Source: Nitrospirota bacterium (GTDB lineage Bacteria; Nitrospirota; Nitrospiria; Nitrospirales; NS-4). Taken from it: a DNA stretch of 26,685 nt. The translations under genes were made by a program, and so were the position numbers. The stretch covers positions 487 through 27,171 of the forward strand of contig VBON01000067.1 of assembly GCA_005877525.1 (NCBI GenBank). Reading direction: 5' to 3'. Of this stretch, positions 8,481-18,663 are shown one piece after another (the first letter of the stretch is position 1; each line of letters starts with the position of its first letter). The notes under the pieces are model-generated. The model was not told the DNA's origin. It worked only from the letters and a program-made list of their open reading frames with translations, and did no database searches.

Positions 8481-8954
8481 TTACGTCAAGCCGCAGGATC
8501 TGTGTCCGGTCTTTTCGAAGTACCGCTGATGGTACTCCTCAGCGCGATAGAAGACCGAGGCGGGGGTGATTTCCGTGACGATGGGTCTGACAAAACGACC
8601 TGATTGCTGAAGCTTCTCTTTGGAGGACTTAGCCGCGGCTTCCTGGGACGGTGTGTGATAGAAGATTGCCGATCGGTATTGTGTGCCGACGTCAGGGCCT
8701 TGCCGGTTCATGGTCGTTGGGTCATGCAGCTTCCAGAAGGCCTCCAAAAGTTCTTCGTAGGTGACCTTCGTGGGATCATATTCCACTTGGACGACCTCGG
8801 CGTGTCCCGTCTGCCCGGTGCACACGTCCCGATAGGTCGGATCCTTCAGGTGCCCGCCCGAGTATCCGACTGCGGTTGACGTAACGCCGCCGATCTCCAG
8901 AAACGCCGCCTCCACATGCCAGAAACACCCCGCTCCGAATGTTGCCTTTTCCAT
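8481..8954 (-). CDS. msrA: peptide-methionine (S)-S-oxide reductase, short cytoplasmic form
   Basis: [35 protein letters not shown] and AEEYHQRYF. There is a C-terminal Cys and no signal peptide. Confidence 0.96.
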   Translation of the reverse strand: MEKATFGAGCFWHVEAAFLEIGGVTSTAVGYSGGHLKDPTYRDVCTGQTGHAEVVQVEYDPTKVTYEELLEAFWKLHDPTTMNRQGPDVGTQYRSAIFYHTPSQEAAAKSSKEKLQQSGRFVRPIVTEITPASVFYRAEEYHQRYFEKTGHRSCGLT

Positions 8955-9080
8955 AGTTCACCCCTTTGAGATGGGCTTAAAGAGCTGCTGTTTTCGGGAA
9001 TCCTATCACAGGAGTCTCACGCTTGGCACGGAAGCATGATCTGTCTGGCGGGAGCCCTGGCCCTTATGGTATGCCAGGCC

Positions 9081-11210
9081 ATGGCCGTGCCCTTGCTTTT
9101 GGTGATCCCACCCCTGACCCAGCTGAATACCCCATATCCATCGACCGCCTACTTGACGGGGTTTCTCCGATCGCGCGGATATGAGGTCAGTCAGGCGGAT
9201 GTAGGAATTGACATGGTCCTCGCGCTGTTTTCGCGCGACGGCCTCACGCGGGCATTCGAGGAAATTCGCTCCCTTCCGGGAGAACTTCCGGGTGAGGCGC
9301 GGCAGATGCTCGCGCTGCAGCGCCACTACCTTGACTCCATCGACCCGGTCGTGGCGTTTCTGCAAGGTCAAGATCCGACGCTTGCGCCTCGGATCTGTCA
9401 GGGTGGATTCCTGCCACAAGGCCCTCGATTCGCAAGTGCGAAGGAGAACGTACAGGCCGCACAGTCCGACAGGGCGCGACATTGGGCGACGCTGTATCTG
9501 GAAGACCTGGCTGATCTGATCCACGAAACCATCGCGCCCCGCTTCGCCTTGAGCCGCTACGCCGAGCAGGTAGGGACCGCCGCATCCTCTTTTGACACGG
9601 TCCTGCAAGCCTTGGCCGAGCCGCACGGCTTTACCGACGAGTTGATGCTGGCTGCCCTTTGGCGACACGTGGAGGCTCAGGACCCCGCGATAGTGGGTTT
9701 GACCGTGCCGTTTCCGGGCAATCTCTATGGGGCACTCTGCATTGCCCAGTCCTTGAAATCGCGTCGTCCGTGGGTGCGCCTTGTGTTGGGCGGGGGCTAT
9801 GTGAATACGGAGCTGCGACGCCTCAGCGATCCGCGTCTGTTCGATTACCTCGACTATGTGACGTTAGATGACGGGGAGCGACCTCTCCTGTGCCTCCTGG
9901 AACATTTGGCGCACAAGCGCGAGGAACGCGCTCTGTGTCGTACGTTCGTGCGCTCAGAAGGCAAAGTGCTTTGGCGCGATGACGCCCGTCAGCCTGACTT
10001 CAGCATGGCGGAGGTGGGCACGCCGACCTATGCCGGACTGCCGCTCTCTCGATATCTGTCGGTACTGGACACGCTAAATCCCATGCACCGGCTCTGGTCC
10101 GATGGCCATTGGAACAAACTCACGGTCGCGCACGGCTGTTATTGGAAGCAATGCACCTTCTGCGATGTGGGGCTGGACTACATCGGACGATACGAAGCGG
10201 CGCCCAGTGAGCTTCTTGCTGACCGGATCGAGGCCTTAATCGCCGAGACGGGGAAGAGAGGGTTCCACTTTGTAGACGAGGCCGCGCCGCCGGCCGGCCT
10301 AAAGACCCTCGCGCTGACTTTGTTGGAGCGCGGAGTGGCCATCACCTGGTGGGGAAACATCCGCTTCGAACCGGCGTTTACGCCGGATCTCTGCCGTCTG
10401 CTCGCGGCATCGGGCTGCATCGCCGTCAGCGCCGGTCTGGAAGCGGCCTCGGATCGGCTTCTTGAAGAAATGAAGAAAGGCATTACGGTCTTCGACACCG
10501 CCCGTGTGAGCGCGGCGTTCCGGGGCGCCGGCATTTTGGTTCATGCGTATTTGATGTACGGGCTTCCGGGCGAAACCATCGCCGAGACCATTGAGAGCCA
10601 CGAGCGCGTCCGGCAGCTTTTTGCGCACGGCTTGATCCAGTCTGCGTTCTGGCACAAGTTCACTGCGACCGCTCATAGCCCGATCGGTCTTCATCCAGCA
10701 GATCACGGCATCCGGATCACGGGACCGGTGTTTGGCGGCTTTGCCGACAACGATCTTACGCATGAGGATCCGAGCGGAGAAGCGCCTGGCTGGCTGGGCG
10801 CGGGGCTCAGAAAGGCCTTGGGCCATTACTTGGAAGGTGAGGAACTCCAGGTGCCCAGGAACTGGGTAACTAAAGCGCTGGCTGGAGTGTCTCATGAAGA
10901 CGATCCTACGATCGAGCGGCGCATAGTCTGGATCGGCGGCACTCCCGTAATCGAAAATAGGAGGCGGGAACATTGTCGCGTGATTCTTCCCGGCCGGGCG
11001 GAAGACGCGCAGTTGCGGCTTCCGCGGGACAGCGCAGCATGGCTGATCGATCTGGTCCAAAAGGCAACGCCGATGCGCGATAAGCGGGAGAACTATCCCC
11101 GTCTTCAGGACGTGAGAGATAACTTTTTCCTCGGGCCACCGGCGTTCGGTACGTTCCTTCGATCGGCCGCGTGGAAGAAGGCCGGGGCTGTGGGGTTACT
11201 GTTGGTATAG
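9081..11210 (+). CDS. B12-binding-domain radical SAM protein
   Basis: PPLTQLNTPYP N-terminus, cobalamin-binding region (GLTVPFPGN..LGGGY), CYWKQCTFC Fe-S motif and FHFVDEAAPP. ATG 9081 is preferred over 9036. Confidence 0.92.
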   Translation: MAVPLLLVIPPLTQLNTPYPSTAYLTGFLRSRGYEVSQADVGIDMVLALFSRDGLTRAFEEIRSLPGELPGEARQMLALQRHYLDSIDPVVAFLQGQDPTLAPRICQGGFLPQGPRFASAKENVQAAQSDRARHWATLYLEDLADLIHETIAPRFALSRYAEQVGTAASSFDTVLQALAEPHGFTDELMLAALWRHVEAQDPAIVGLTVPFPGNLYGALCIAQSLKSRRPWVRLVLGGGYVNTELRRLSDPRLFDYLDYVTLDDGERPLLCLLEHLAHKREERALCRTFVRSEGKVLWRDDARQPDFSMAEVGTPTYAGLPLSRYLSVLDTLNPMHRLWSDGHWNKLTVAHGCYWKQCTFCDVGLDYIGRYEAAPSELLADRIEALIAETGKRGFHFVDEAAPPAGLKTLALTLLERGVAITWWGNIRFEPAFTPDLCRLLAASGCIAVSAGLEAASDRLLEEMKKGITVFDTARVSAAFRGAGILVHAYLMYGLPGETIAETIESHERVRQLFAHGLIQSAFWHKFTATAHSPIGLHPADHGIRITGPVFGGFADNDLTHEDPSGEAPGWLGAGLRKALGHYLEGEELQVPRNWVTKALAGVSHEDDPTIERRIVWIGGTPVIENRRREHCRVILPGRAEDAQLRLPRDSAAWLIDLVQKATPMRDKRENYPRLQDVRDNFFLGPPAFGTFLRSAAWKKAGAVGLLLV

Positions 11211-11372
11211 ATTGCTCCAGAGGCTTACATAATTTATAATTGTTTTATAAGTGACTAATAAACTGTGTTTAATTGTTCGATCTGCTGATTACTTATATCA
11301 TTGTCATCTTCTGTCGGGTCTCTACCGATCATCTTCCCGAGAGAGCATCAGGCAAGTGGGGCAGTCAATGAA

Positions 11373-11381
11373 TGCTATAAT
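11373..11381 (+). promoter_or_regulatory. extended -10 promoter for the TPR/CHASE2 operon
   Basis: TGCTATAAT lies 12 nt before ATG 11394, downstream of an AT-rich tract. Confidence 0.55.
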
Positions 11382-11393
11382 AGCGGCCAAGCC

Positions 11394-12977
11394 ATGACCT
11401 CCGCCAAGACTTTTTCAGGCGTTATACTCGTCATCACCCTGGCGTTAAGTCTTCCACGCGGAGTTGTCCTGGGCGCTGAAACCCAGCCTCCCGACCCGGT
11501 AAAGATTGTTACTCCCGAAGGTGAGGCCATGCCCCGTCCCCTCGCAGGAACCGAAGCCAATCCGGTTCTTACCGAACTGCGAGAAGCGATCCGGCTCAAT
11601 CCCAACCATGCGGATGCTCATTTTGCCCTGGGGGTGGAACTCTATACCACGGGCCACATTGCAGAGGGCATTGCTGAATTGCGTGAGGCTATCCGGCTTC
11701 AGCCCGATCATGCCGATGGGCGTTATCACCTCGCAATGGCGCTGATGAAGCAGCGCGATGAGCTGACGCGGGCTGAAATGAACCGAGCGGCCAGCAGCAG
11801 GGAACCAGTTCTGGCTGAAACCTACCTCGATCTCGGCAAGGCGCTCATTGCATTAGGAAAGTTCACTGCGGCTGTCATGGAGCTGCGTGAGGCCCTTCGA
11901 CTTCAACCGACCTTTGTTGAAGCACACGCAAGTCTCGGTGTCGCCCTGTTCAATATGGGCGATCTAGAAAATGCCATCGAGGAATATCGCACGGTGCTGA
12001 AGCTACAGCCCGAGGCCGGGCAGGCCCATCTGAATCTCGCCACGGCCCTGATGGGCCAACACGATTGGCCCGCAGCGCGCACAGAGCTTCAAGAGGCGCT
12101 GCGCTTACAACCCAATCTCGTCCAGGCTCAATACAGTCTCGGCGTTGTCCTGTACACCATGGGCGATGTTGCCGGCGCCATTGACGCTTATCGTGAGGCA
12201 CTGCGTCTCCAAAGCGATTTTGCCGAGGCGCATTACAATCTCGGTCTCATGTTGAAGCTGACGAATCAGGAAGCTGACGCCGTGCAGGAATTCCATCACG
12301 CCGCGCTCGCGGGCCTGCCCAAGGCTCAATACTTTCTGGGAGCCGCCTATGCTTCAGGCGTCGGAGCGGACAAGAACCTTGCAGCCGCCATCAGATGGTG
12401 GTTCCGCGCGGCCGAACAAGGGGTGACTCAGGCGCGAGAGGGACTTGCACAACTTCGTCGCACCGCAGTACTGCAAGCCAAGCAATCTCCTGACGAGGCG
12501 CGCGCCATTCTCATGGCGTTTCAAGACTGCCGGCGTGAGATCTGGTTCGAATTTCCGGATCTTCAGGGCAAGGCTTCCGAAGAAAGCGCCGGGATTGCCC
12601 TGCTGCGACAAGGACAATGGCAGGAAGCGATTCCCGTATTGATACGTGAGGCGTACGGATTGAGCGAACCAGCCCAGACGCAATTGCAGACTCTCTATGA
12701 AGAAGGGATCGAAGGGCAGTGGCCGGCTTATGATCCGCGGATCCTGTCCTATTTCAAAACGACGGCGGCGGAAGGACTTCTCCGCCCGCGCATCATGTTG
12801 GCGCGCATTTATACAAAGGGTTGGGGGGTCTCCCAGGATCTCAACAAAGCGATGAGCCTCCTCAAAGGAAATCAGGATGACGAGGCGCAACGCCTGCTAA
12901 AAGAGATCGCTGCCGTCCAGCAAGAACCGCAACAAGCGACGAGGAATACACAACCGCCCTCTCCAACCGTTCCGTAG
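11394..12977 (+). CDS. exported TPR and Sel1-like repeat protein
   Basis: A signal or TM segment after ATG 11394, multiple TPRs with a recurring LRLQP..A.AH..LG pattern, and Sel1 repeats ([33 protein letters not shown]; [17 protein letters not shown]). Confidence 0.9.
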   Translation: MTSAKTFSGVILVITLALSLPRGVVLGAETQPPDPVKIVTPEGEAMPRPLAGTEANPVLTELREAIRLNPNHADAHFALGVELYTTGHIAEGIAELREAIRLQPDHADGRYHLAMALMKQRDELTRAEMNRAASSREPVLAETYLDLGKALIALGKFTAAVMELREALRLQPTFVEAHASLGVALFNMGDLENAIEEYRTVLKLQPEAGQAHLNLATALMGQHDWPAARTELQEALRLQPNLVQAQYSLGVVLYTMGDVAGAIDAYREALRLQSDFAEAHYNLGLMLKLTNQEADAVQEFHHAALAGLPKAQYFLGAAYASGVGADKNLAAAIRWWFRAAEQGVTQAREGLAQLRRTAVLQAKQSPDEARAILMAFQDCRREIWFEFPDLQGKASEESAGIALLRQGQWQEAIPVLIREAYGLSEPAQTQLQTLYEEGIEGQWPAYDPRILSYFKTTAAEGLLRPRIMLARIYTKGWGVSQDLNKAMSLLKGNQDDEAQRLLKEIAAVQQEPQQATRNTQPPSPTVP

Positions 12978-12988
12978 TCTCACAATTC

Positions 12989-15763
12989 TTGGTAATCCAC
13001 GCCATTTTACGCTCTAAAATTTTCATTGCCGTTCTACTGAGCATTTTCTCGACGATGCTGGCCTGGAGCCTCTGGCAGGTCAGCGGGAACATGCTGACCG
13101 CACTCGAGTTGAGCCCGTACGACCATTGGCTGCGGAACAGGACCCCTGGCCCGATCAGCTCCGCGGTGATCATGATCACGCGCGACCGATTAAGCGAGAC
13201 CCGGTTCGGAAGCGGGCCGTGGGATCATGCGCTCCTGGCGCGAACCATTACCGCATTGCGAAGCGCCGGGGCTGTCGTGGTCGGTCTCGATATTCCGATC
13301 GGGGAGCATAGCCCGCCGGCCAGAGGGGGAGCAGCCAGTGATGCGTTGCTGGTGGAAGCAACCAAGACCGCCGGACGAATCCTCTATCCACTCTCGGTGC
13401 AGCTCTCGGCAGAGCAGGTCTCTAAGCAGTATCGCGGGCGATCCTTGTGGCAAGTGGTTTTGACCGCCGGCGCCTGGCCGATTCTTGCACAACATGCGGG
13501 AGAACTGGGCCATGCGCTGTCGCGTCCTGATGAAGACGGTGTCATTCGCAGGGTTCCGCTGTACGTCTTGCTCGGCGACCGCCCGCTTCCCGCGTTTGGT
13601 CTCGCGCTCGCGCAGGTATTTCTGCAGGTGGCGCCGGCTGAGGTGTTGATCCGCGCGGGGCAGCCCCTCATCCTGGGCAACGCCAAGTTTCCGGATGGAC
13701 ATGTGGAGCAGCTCTCGGTCCCAATGGACGAGCACGGGCAGATCTTGATCAATTATATGCCGGTGTCCGGTCCGTCCCTGTTTCCTTCGCTGCCGTTTCT
13801 GAGCGTGTGGACGGCGATTGAAGAGGGAGAAGTTGAGAAACTCAGGGAATGGGTCTCGGGCAAGATCGTCTACTTGCTCCCGTCGCCTGCACATGCCGCC
13901 TACGCGACCCCTGTGGGACAAGGTACATCCGAGACCATCCAAGCGAATCTGCTGAATATGGTGCTGACCAAGAACTGGATCAGGGAGTTCTCCCCCGTCT
14001 GGAGATTCGTTTGCGGTTTGATGCTCGCAGGACTCGCCGCCTGGCTTTTGCTGGGCTTACCCGGCTGGCAAGGACTTGGTGCCGTGGTCGCTCTCCTCTG
14101 CGGGTATATCGCCGCGGTATTTCTGGCCTTGCCGGTGGGAGGGGTTCTTCTGCCTGTCGTTATTCCTGTGGCTGCAGTTCTTTTGGCCGCGGGCGTCGCT
14201 ACGCTTTGGCTGCAATACTCTGGGAGTCATCAGATAAAACTACTGGAAAGCAGCATGCTGACAGTCCAGCAGGAGCTAGGAGCCGTTCGCGAGGCATTGA
14301 CCCGTCAGGAATCGAACGTCGAAGACCTGGAAGAAGACCTGGAGGTTGCCCGGACATCCGCTGTACGCTCGGCCGGTAAGGAGCAGGAGCTTGCGCAGTC
14401 GGTGGAGGTATACCGAAAGAAATTAGTCGAAGCGAACGCGGAGGAAGAAGGCACCCGCCGGCGGCTAGCGGAACTCGAGAGCAAACTCCGGGGGTTACGT
14501 ATCGCGACCACGGGGCCGGTTCGGCTTGGAAACGCCGAGCTTGAGCGGCTCCGTGAAGAGTGCGAAGCGATGGGCATCCTCACCTGTGATCCGGTGCTGC
14601 TCGCGTTGTTTCGTGATCTCAAGAAAAGCGCGCATTCTGTGTTGCCGGTCCTGATCTTAGGGGAAGCCGGCACCGGAAAGGAACTGTTTGCGCGGGCGGT
14701 TCACCGCCTCAGTCCGCGCGCCGGCTATCCCTTTGTATCCGTCAATACATCTGCCATCTCGCCCCACCTTTTCGAAAGCGAACTCTTCGGCCATGTAAGA
14801 GGCAGCTTTACGGGTGCCGTAGGAGACCGTAAGGGATACTTTGAGCTTGCGGACCGGGGCACTATTTTTCTCGACGAGATCGGCGATCTTCAGTTAGAGC
14901 ACCAGGGCAAATTATTGCGTGTTTTGCAAGAGAAGACGTTTTATCGCGTAGGAGCCGTCCGGCCGACGACGGTCAATGTGCGGGTGGTGGCCGCCACCAA
15001 CAAGGATCTTCGGCGGGGAGTGTCGGAAGGATGGTTCCGCGAAGATCTTTATTTCCGTCTAAAAGGTCTCGTGATAAGGCTGCCCCCTCTACGGGAACGG
15101 CCGCGAGACGTGGTCCTGCTCGCCGAACGCTTCCTCCGCGACGCGGCCGCGCAGGTTGGGCGAGGGGATCTGGCGTTATCGGCAGAGGCGCAGGCCACAC
15201 TGGACGCTCAGCTATGGAAGGGCAATGTCCGCGAGCTGCAACACTGCCTGCAACAGGCGGCGGCCCTGGTCGAAGGGAACGTCATTACGAAGGAAGATCT
15301 GCGGTTGATGCCGTCGGAACTGACAGACGTGCGGGGGCCAATCACTACGGGATTCGCCCCTGATCCAGGAAGCGATCAGGCCGTTCTGGCCTGCCTGCGG
15401 CAACAGCGGTTTGATATGCGGGCGACCGCTCGCGCGCTCGGCTGGGACCGCAGCACCGTCACGCAGCGGCTCAAGGGAATGGGCTTTCGGGCGTTAGTGG
15501 AATCGGGCGGCGATCGTGCGAAGGCAGCGGTCGCCCTCGGCGGTGATCCTGAACTTACCCGTACAGTCGAATTAAAGCTATCGGAGTATTACGAGCACCT
15601 CTTACAGAGCATTAAGGGCTTCGGGTCCGAGGAGGAAGCGGTAGCGGCCTGCAAAAAGCGTTACAAAAATCTCCCTGATCGCCATTTCCATTCCGTGGAG
15701 AGCTTGATCCGTCAGCAGTTCCACCGAGCCTCCTCTCATAAGCCTGGCGATTCTGGAGTTTGA
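12989..15763 (+). CDS. membrane-bound CHASE2-domain sigma54-dependent transcriptional activator
   Basis: N-terminal TM, CHASE2 ([37 protein letters not shown]), about 3 TMs and a long coiled coil. The AAA+ domain has [39 protein letters not shown] and WKGNVREL, followed by a Fis-type HTH and a C-terminal extension. Confidence 0.92.
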   Translation: MVIHAILRSKIFIAVLLSIFSTMLAWSLWQVSGNMLTALELSPYDHWLRNRTPGPISSAVIMITRDRLSETRFGSGPWDHALLARTITALRSAGAVVVGLDIPIGEHSPPARGGAASDALLVEATKTAGRILYPLSVQLSAEQVSKQYRGRSLWQVVLTAGAWPILAQHAGELGHALSRPDEDGVIRRVPLYVLLGDRPLPAFGLALAQVFLQVAPAEVLIRAGQPLILGNAKFPDGHVEQLSVPMDEHGQILINYMPVSGPSLFPSLPFLSVWTAIEEGEVEKLREWVSGKIVYLLPSPAHAAYATPVGQGTSETIQANLLNMVLTKNWIREFSPVWRFVCGLMLAGLAAWLLLGLPGWQGLGAVVALLCGYIAAVFLALPVGGVLLPVVIPVAAVLLAAGVATLWLQYSGSHQIKLLESSMLTVQQELGAVREALTRQESNVEDLEEDLEVARTSAVRSAGKEQELAQSVEVYRKKLVEANAEEEGTRRRLAELESKLRGLRIATTGPVRLGNAELERLREECEAMGILTCDPVLLALFRDLKKSAHSVLPVLILGEAGTGKELFARAVHRLSPRAGYPFVSVNTSAISPHLFESELFGHVRGSFTGAVGDRKGYFELADRGTIFLDEIGDLQLEHQGKLLRVLQEKTFYRVGAVRPTTVNVRVVAATNKDLRRGVSEGWFREDLYFRLKGLVIRLPPLRERPRDVVLLAERFLRDAAAQVGRGDLALSAEAQATLDAQLWKGNVRELQHCLQQAAALVEGNVITKEDLRLMPSELTDVRGPITTGFAPDPGSDQAVLACLRQQRFDMRATARALGWDRSTVTQRLKGMGFRALVESGGDRAKAAVALGGDPELTRTVELKLSEYYEHLLQSIKGFGSEEEAVAACKKRYKNLPDRHFHSVESLIRQQFHRASSHKPGDSGV

Positions 15764-15796
15764 TCTTCGCCGTTCCTTTTTTCGTGCAATGTAGCA

Positions 15797-15839
15797 GGCC
15801 TGGTGCGGGGACTTCCCCGCATCCCTGCAGGGACAGGCC
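15797..15839. promoter_or_regulatory. nested palindromes, candidate upstream activator sequence or operon terminator
   Basis: TGCGGGGA-CT-TCCCCGCA (15804-15821) and TCCCTGCAGGGA (15822-15833), enclosed by GGCCTG/CAGGCC. Confidence 0.45.
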
Positions 15840-15926
15840 GACTTCATCGTGACGAGGCATTTCCTCACTCCGCTGTAAGCCTGCGCTTTCCCTCCGAAAT
15901 CCTCTTCTGATGGTCTCCGTTTCTTG

Positions 15927-15942
15927 TGGCCCCGCCCTTGCT
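15927..15942 (+). promoter_or_regulatory. sigma54 -24/-12 promoter of the OmpA-domain gene
   Basis: TGGCCCC-GCCC-TTGCT has exact GG-N10-GC spacing and lies 65 nt upstream of ATG 16008. Confidence 0.65.
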
Positions 15943-16007
15943 CTGCTTCCCTCCTGGCCGCCAACAGGCGGAATGGATAACCAACTATAAACGCGAGGGG
16001 GGAGCAC

Positions 16008-16847
16008 ATGTCGAATATTCTGAATCAGACTCAAGCGGCGGCGGCACCTGTCGGTCGTATGAGTTCCGTTGGGACGGGCCAGACGGATCAAGGCCGCGCG
16101 AAGGTGATGCAAATCCAGCTGAAAGAGGTGGCCATCGTGGTCTTTGCGCTCCTGGTGATTGGAGGCCTGGTGGGCGGCTATTGGTTATACACCCAGCGAG
16201 AGGAAAGCTATGGCGAAGGAAATATTATCTTTTCCAAAGATGCCAAGCCGGCCGTCACGTTGAATGCCCAACCGGCCGTCACTGGCCCTGCTGCAAAGGG
16301 GGTCGCGGCGACCAAGACAACAGATTCCATTCATGCCGACATCTACTTTGACTTCGACCGTAGCCGGTTGAGCGCAGATGGGGTGGCCATTCTCCAGGAG
16401 AAGGCCGCAGTTCTGAAGAAGGATGGCTCCTGGGCCGTGTTGGTCCAGGGTTATGCCGATCAGCACGGGCCCGCGGCCTACAACAAGACATTAGCAGCGC
16501 GACGGGCCGGAGCGGTCAAGCAATTCCTGGTCGAGTTGGGCATTCCCGAAACGTCCATCAAGGTCGTGACTCTGGGCAAAGAGGGAGCGATCTGTGATGA
16601 TCAGAGCAAGGAATGCCAGCGGCTCAACCGCCGGGTCCACCTCGAGATGATCAAGATGGGACCCCTTTCGGCTTTTCTCCCTCAGGCACCACCTTTCGCA
16701 AAACAGGACCAGAAAGACTCTGGTGCTGGCCTGCCAAAAGAGCTAGGAGCGCATTCGGATAGTACGGCCAATTCGGATTCCTCTGATCAAGAGGGAGATG
16801 ACTGGATAAATCCTGAACCCGAGAGCGCCGGTTCACATTCACACTGA
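16008..16847 (+). CDS. OmpA-C (peptidoglycan-binding) domain protein with an N-terminal TM anchor
   Basis: IYFDFDRSRL, VQGYADQHG, YNKTLAARRAGAVK and LNRRV. One TM helix and an acidic tail. GAGGGG SD. Confidence 0.92.
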   Translation: MSNILNQTQAAAAPVGRMSSVGTGQTDQGRAKVMQIQLKEVAIVVFALLVIGGLVGGYWLYTQREESYGEGNIIFSKDAKPAVTLNAQPAVTGPAAKGVAATKTTDSIHADIYFDFDRSRLSADGVAILQEKAAVLKKDGSWAVLVQGYADQHGPAAYNKTLAARRAGAVKQFLVELGIPETSIKVVTLGKEGAICDDQSKECQRLNRRVHLEMIKMGPLSAFLPQAPPFAKQDQKDSGAGLPKELGAHSDSTANSDSSDQEGDDWINPEPESAGSHSH

Positions 16848-16985
16848 TCATGGTTGACGGGGCCGGCAATAGGTTAGGTCGTGGCGGCGGATCGCTACGC
16901 TTCTCTTTGAACGACAACTCGTCTAAGATACCTCGTCTCAGTGATCCTGAGAATTTTCTTGGACTGAAACCGTTACAGAGAGGCT

Positions 16986-17945
16986 ATGAGCATCGGGATA
17001 GGTCTCATTGGTCTCGGCCGCCATGGGGGTCGCTACGCCCAACATTTGCTCGATGGCGTTACCGGATGCCATCTGGTCGCGGTCTCACGACGCGACAGGA
17101 CAGCGGGACAGGCATTTGCTCAATCGGCAGGGGTTGTATTTGTTCCCGACTGGAGAGAGATGTTGGAGCGTAAAGATATTGATGCGATTGTGGTGGTGAC
17201 CCCGCCGAACGTCAACCACGACATTTGTATCGCGGCCGCCAAGGCCGGAAAAGCGATTCTTATAGAGAAACCCTTGGCGATGACCACCGAGGACGCCCGA
17301 GCAATGATCGACGCGACGCAAGCCGCCGGAGTTCCGCTGATGACAGCGCAGACTCTGCGGTTCACGCCGGTCCTCAGGCGTCTGCGGGAACGCTTGGCGG
17401 TCATCGGCAGTCTTGAGTACATGTGGCTCTCCATGCGAGTGGAACCCGCTCCCCATCATTGGCTGGAGGATCCGAAGCAGGCAGGTGGTGGGGTGTTGAT
17501 CGAGATCGGTATTCACCTCTTCGATCTCATCAGATACCTGACGGGCCATGAGGCTGTAGACGTTTGGGCTGAAATCGTGCGGTTGCATACAAGTCGCGTT
17601 GAGGACCTGGCCCTGGCCCGATTCCTGCTGGCCTCAGGCGTCCGCTGTTATGTCGAGGTCTCCAGGGTTTCAGCGGGACGCTCCTGCCGAATCGAGGCGG
17701 TCGGGGAAAACGGGCAATATGAAAGCCGATTGACACGGATTGAAGGGCGCAAAGTCGCCGAGACCGAGTCAGTCGCGGATGATCCTACAATTGTTAGCGT
17801 TTTGGAAGCGTTCGCCAGGAGTGTGGCAGCTGGGGAGCCGGTGCCTGTATCCGGGGAAGATGGGCTGCGCGCCGTCGTGATGGCGGAGGCCGCCTATCGA
17901 TCTGCGGCAGACGGGCGACCGGTCGCTGTGCCGGCAGCAGCCTGA
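16986..17945 (+). CDS. Gfo/Idh/MocA family NAD(P)-dependent oxidoreductase
   Basis: IGLIGLGRHG Rossmann motif, ILIEKPLA and GGGVLIEIGIHLFD. Confidence 0.93.
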   Translation: MSIGIGLIGLGRHGGRYAQHLLDGVTGCHLVAVSRRDRTAGQAFAQSAGVVFVPDWREMLERKDIDAIVVVTPPNVNHDICIAAAKAGKAILIEKPLAMTTEDARAMIDATQAAGVPLMTAQTLRFTPVLRRLRERLAVIGSLEYMWLSMRVEPAPHHWLEDPKQAGGGVLIEIGIHLFDLIRYLTGHEAVDVWAEIVRLHTSRVEDLALARFLLASGVRCYVEVSRVSAGRSCRIEAVGENGQYESRLTRIEGRKVAETESVADDPTIVSVLEAFARSVAAGEPVPVSGEDGLRAVVMAEAAYRSAADGRPVAVPAAA

Positions 17946-17979
17946 CTTCCGTCGCTGCATGCCGTTTCGAATGATGAGA

Positions 17980-18519
17980 TTAGCACGGGGTCGGTAAAAT
18001 CAGGCCAGTATGTAGGCGGAAGCCATCATTTTGCCGGTCTTCGACATAATGCTGTAGCGTCGCAGAGATCACGCGAAACGCCAACGTTTCCCAGGGAATC
18101 TCATCGGGCCTGAACAATTGGACTTCCAGGCTCTCGTGGCCCGCTTTGAAATCCGCACTCCGCAAGCTGCCCCGGAAGATCAGGTAGACCTGACTAATAT
18201 GGGGAATGCTGAAAACAGTATAGAGCGAAGTCAGCTCCACGTCGGCTTCGGCTTCCTCGCGTGTTTCCCGAAGCGCCGCCTGTTCGATGGTTTCTCCGTT
18301 CTCCATGAAGCCGGCCGGCAAGGTCCAGAGCCCGTATTGTGGCTCAATGGCCCGGCGGCAGAGAAGGATACGATCTTCCCACTCGGGGATGCATCCGGCC
18401 ACGATGCGAGGATTTTGATAATGGATCACCAGGCAGGTATCGCAGACAAAACGCGGCAGGTTGTCTCCCGCCGGAACCTTCAATGCGACCTTTGCCCCAC
18501 ATTGGCTGCAATAGTTCAT
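17980..18519 (-). CDS. NUDIX hydrolase with an N-terminal zinc ribbon
   Basis: CSQC..CDTC, followed by the Nudix box PAGFMENGETIEQAALRETREEA. Confidence 0.95.
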   Translation of the reverse strand: MNYCSQCGAKVALKVPAGDNLPRFVCDTCLVIHYQNPRIVAGCIPEWEDRILLCRRAIEPQYGLWTLPAGFMENGETIEQAALRETREEAEADVELTSLYTVFSIPHISQVYLIFRGSLRSADFKAGHESLEVQLFRPDEIPWETLAFRVISATLQHYVEDRQNDGFRLHTGLILPTPC

Positions 18520-18663
18520 CGCTGAGAATTATGACATGCCTGCACCTGAATCTGTCAGAGCAATTTTCGCTTCGGATAATTTTTTTGCAAACGAGTTCTC
18601 ATCCCTCCGTGGTTGCACCTGGGATCCGATAGGATTCAGCATCGCGCCGTAGGCACTGCTGCG

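Noticed and set aside
9023-9039. Sigma54 promoter TTGGCACG upstream of the radical SAM gene
   Set aside because: The -24 is perfect, but the -12 position reads TG instead of GC at the required 10-nt spacing.
10830-10880. Possible short in-frame deletion in the radical SAM C-terminal region (GEELQ|VPRNW)
   Set aside because: This rests only on my recollection of longer homologues and cannot be supported without an alignment.
11221-11252. Xer/dif site in the AT-rich tract
   Set aside because: Only one arm resembles dif (CATAA/TTATGT). The other arm does not match.
11570-12250. Recurring DNA similarity that might suggest a repeat array or CRISPR
   Set aside because: It is explained by TPR protein repeats in an open frame. 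There are no identical repeats with unique spacers.
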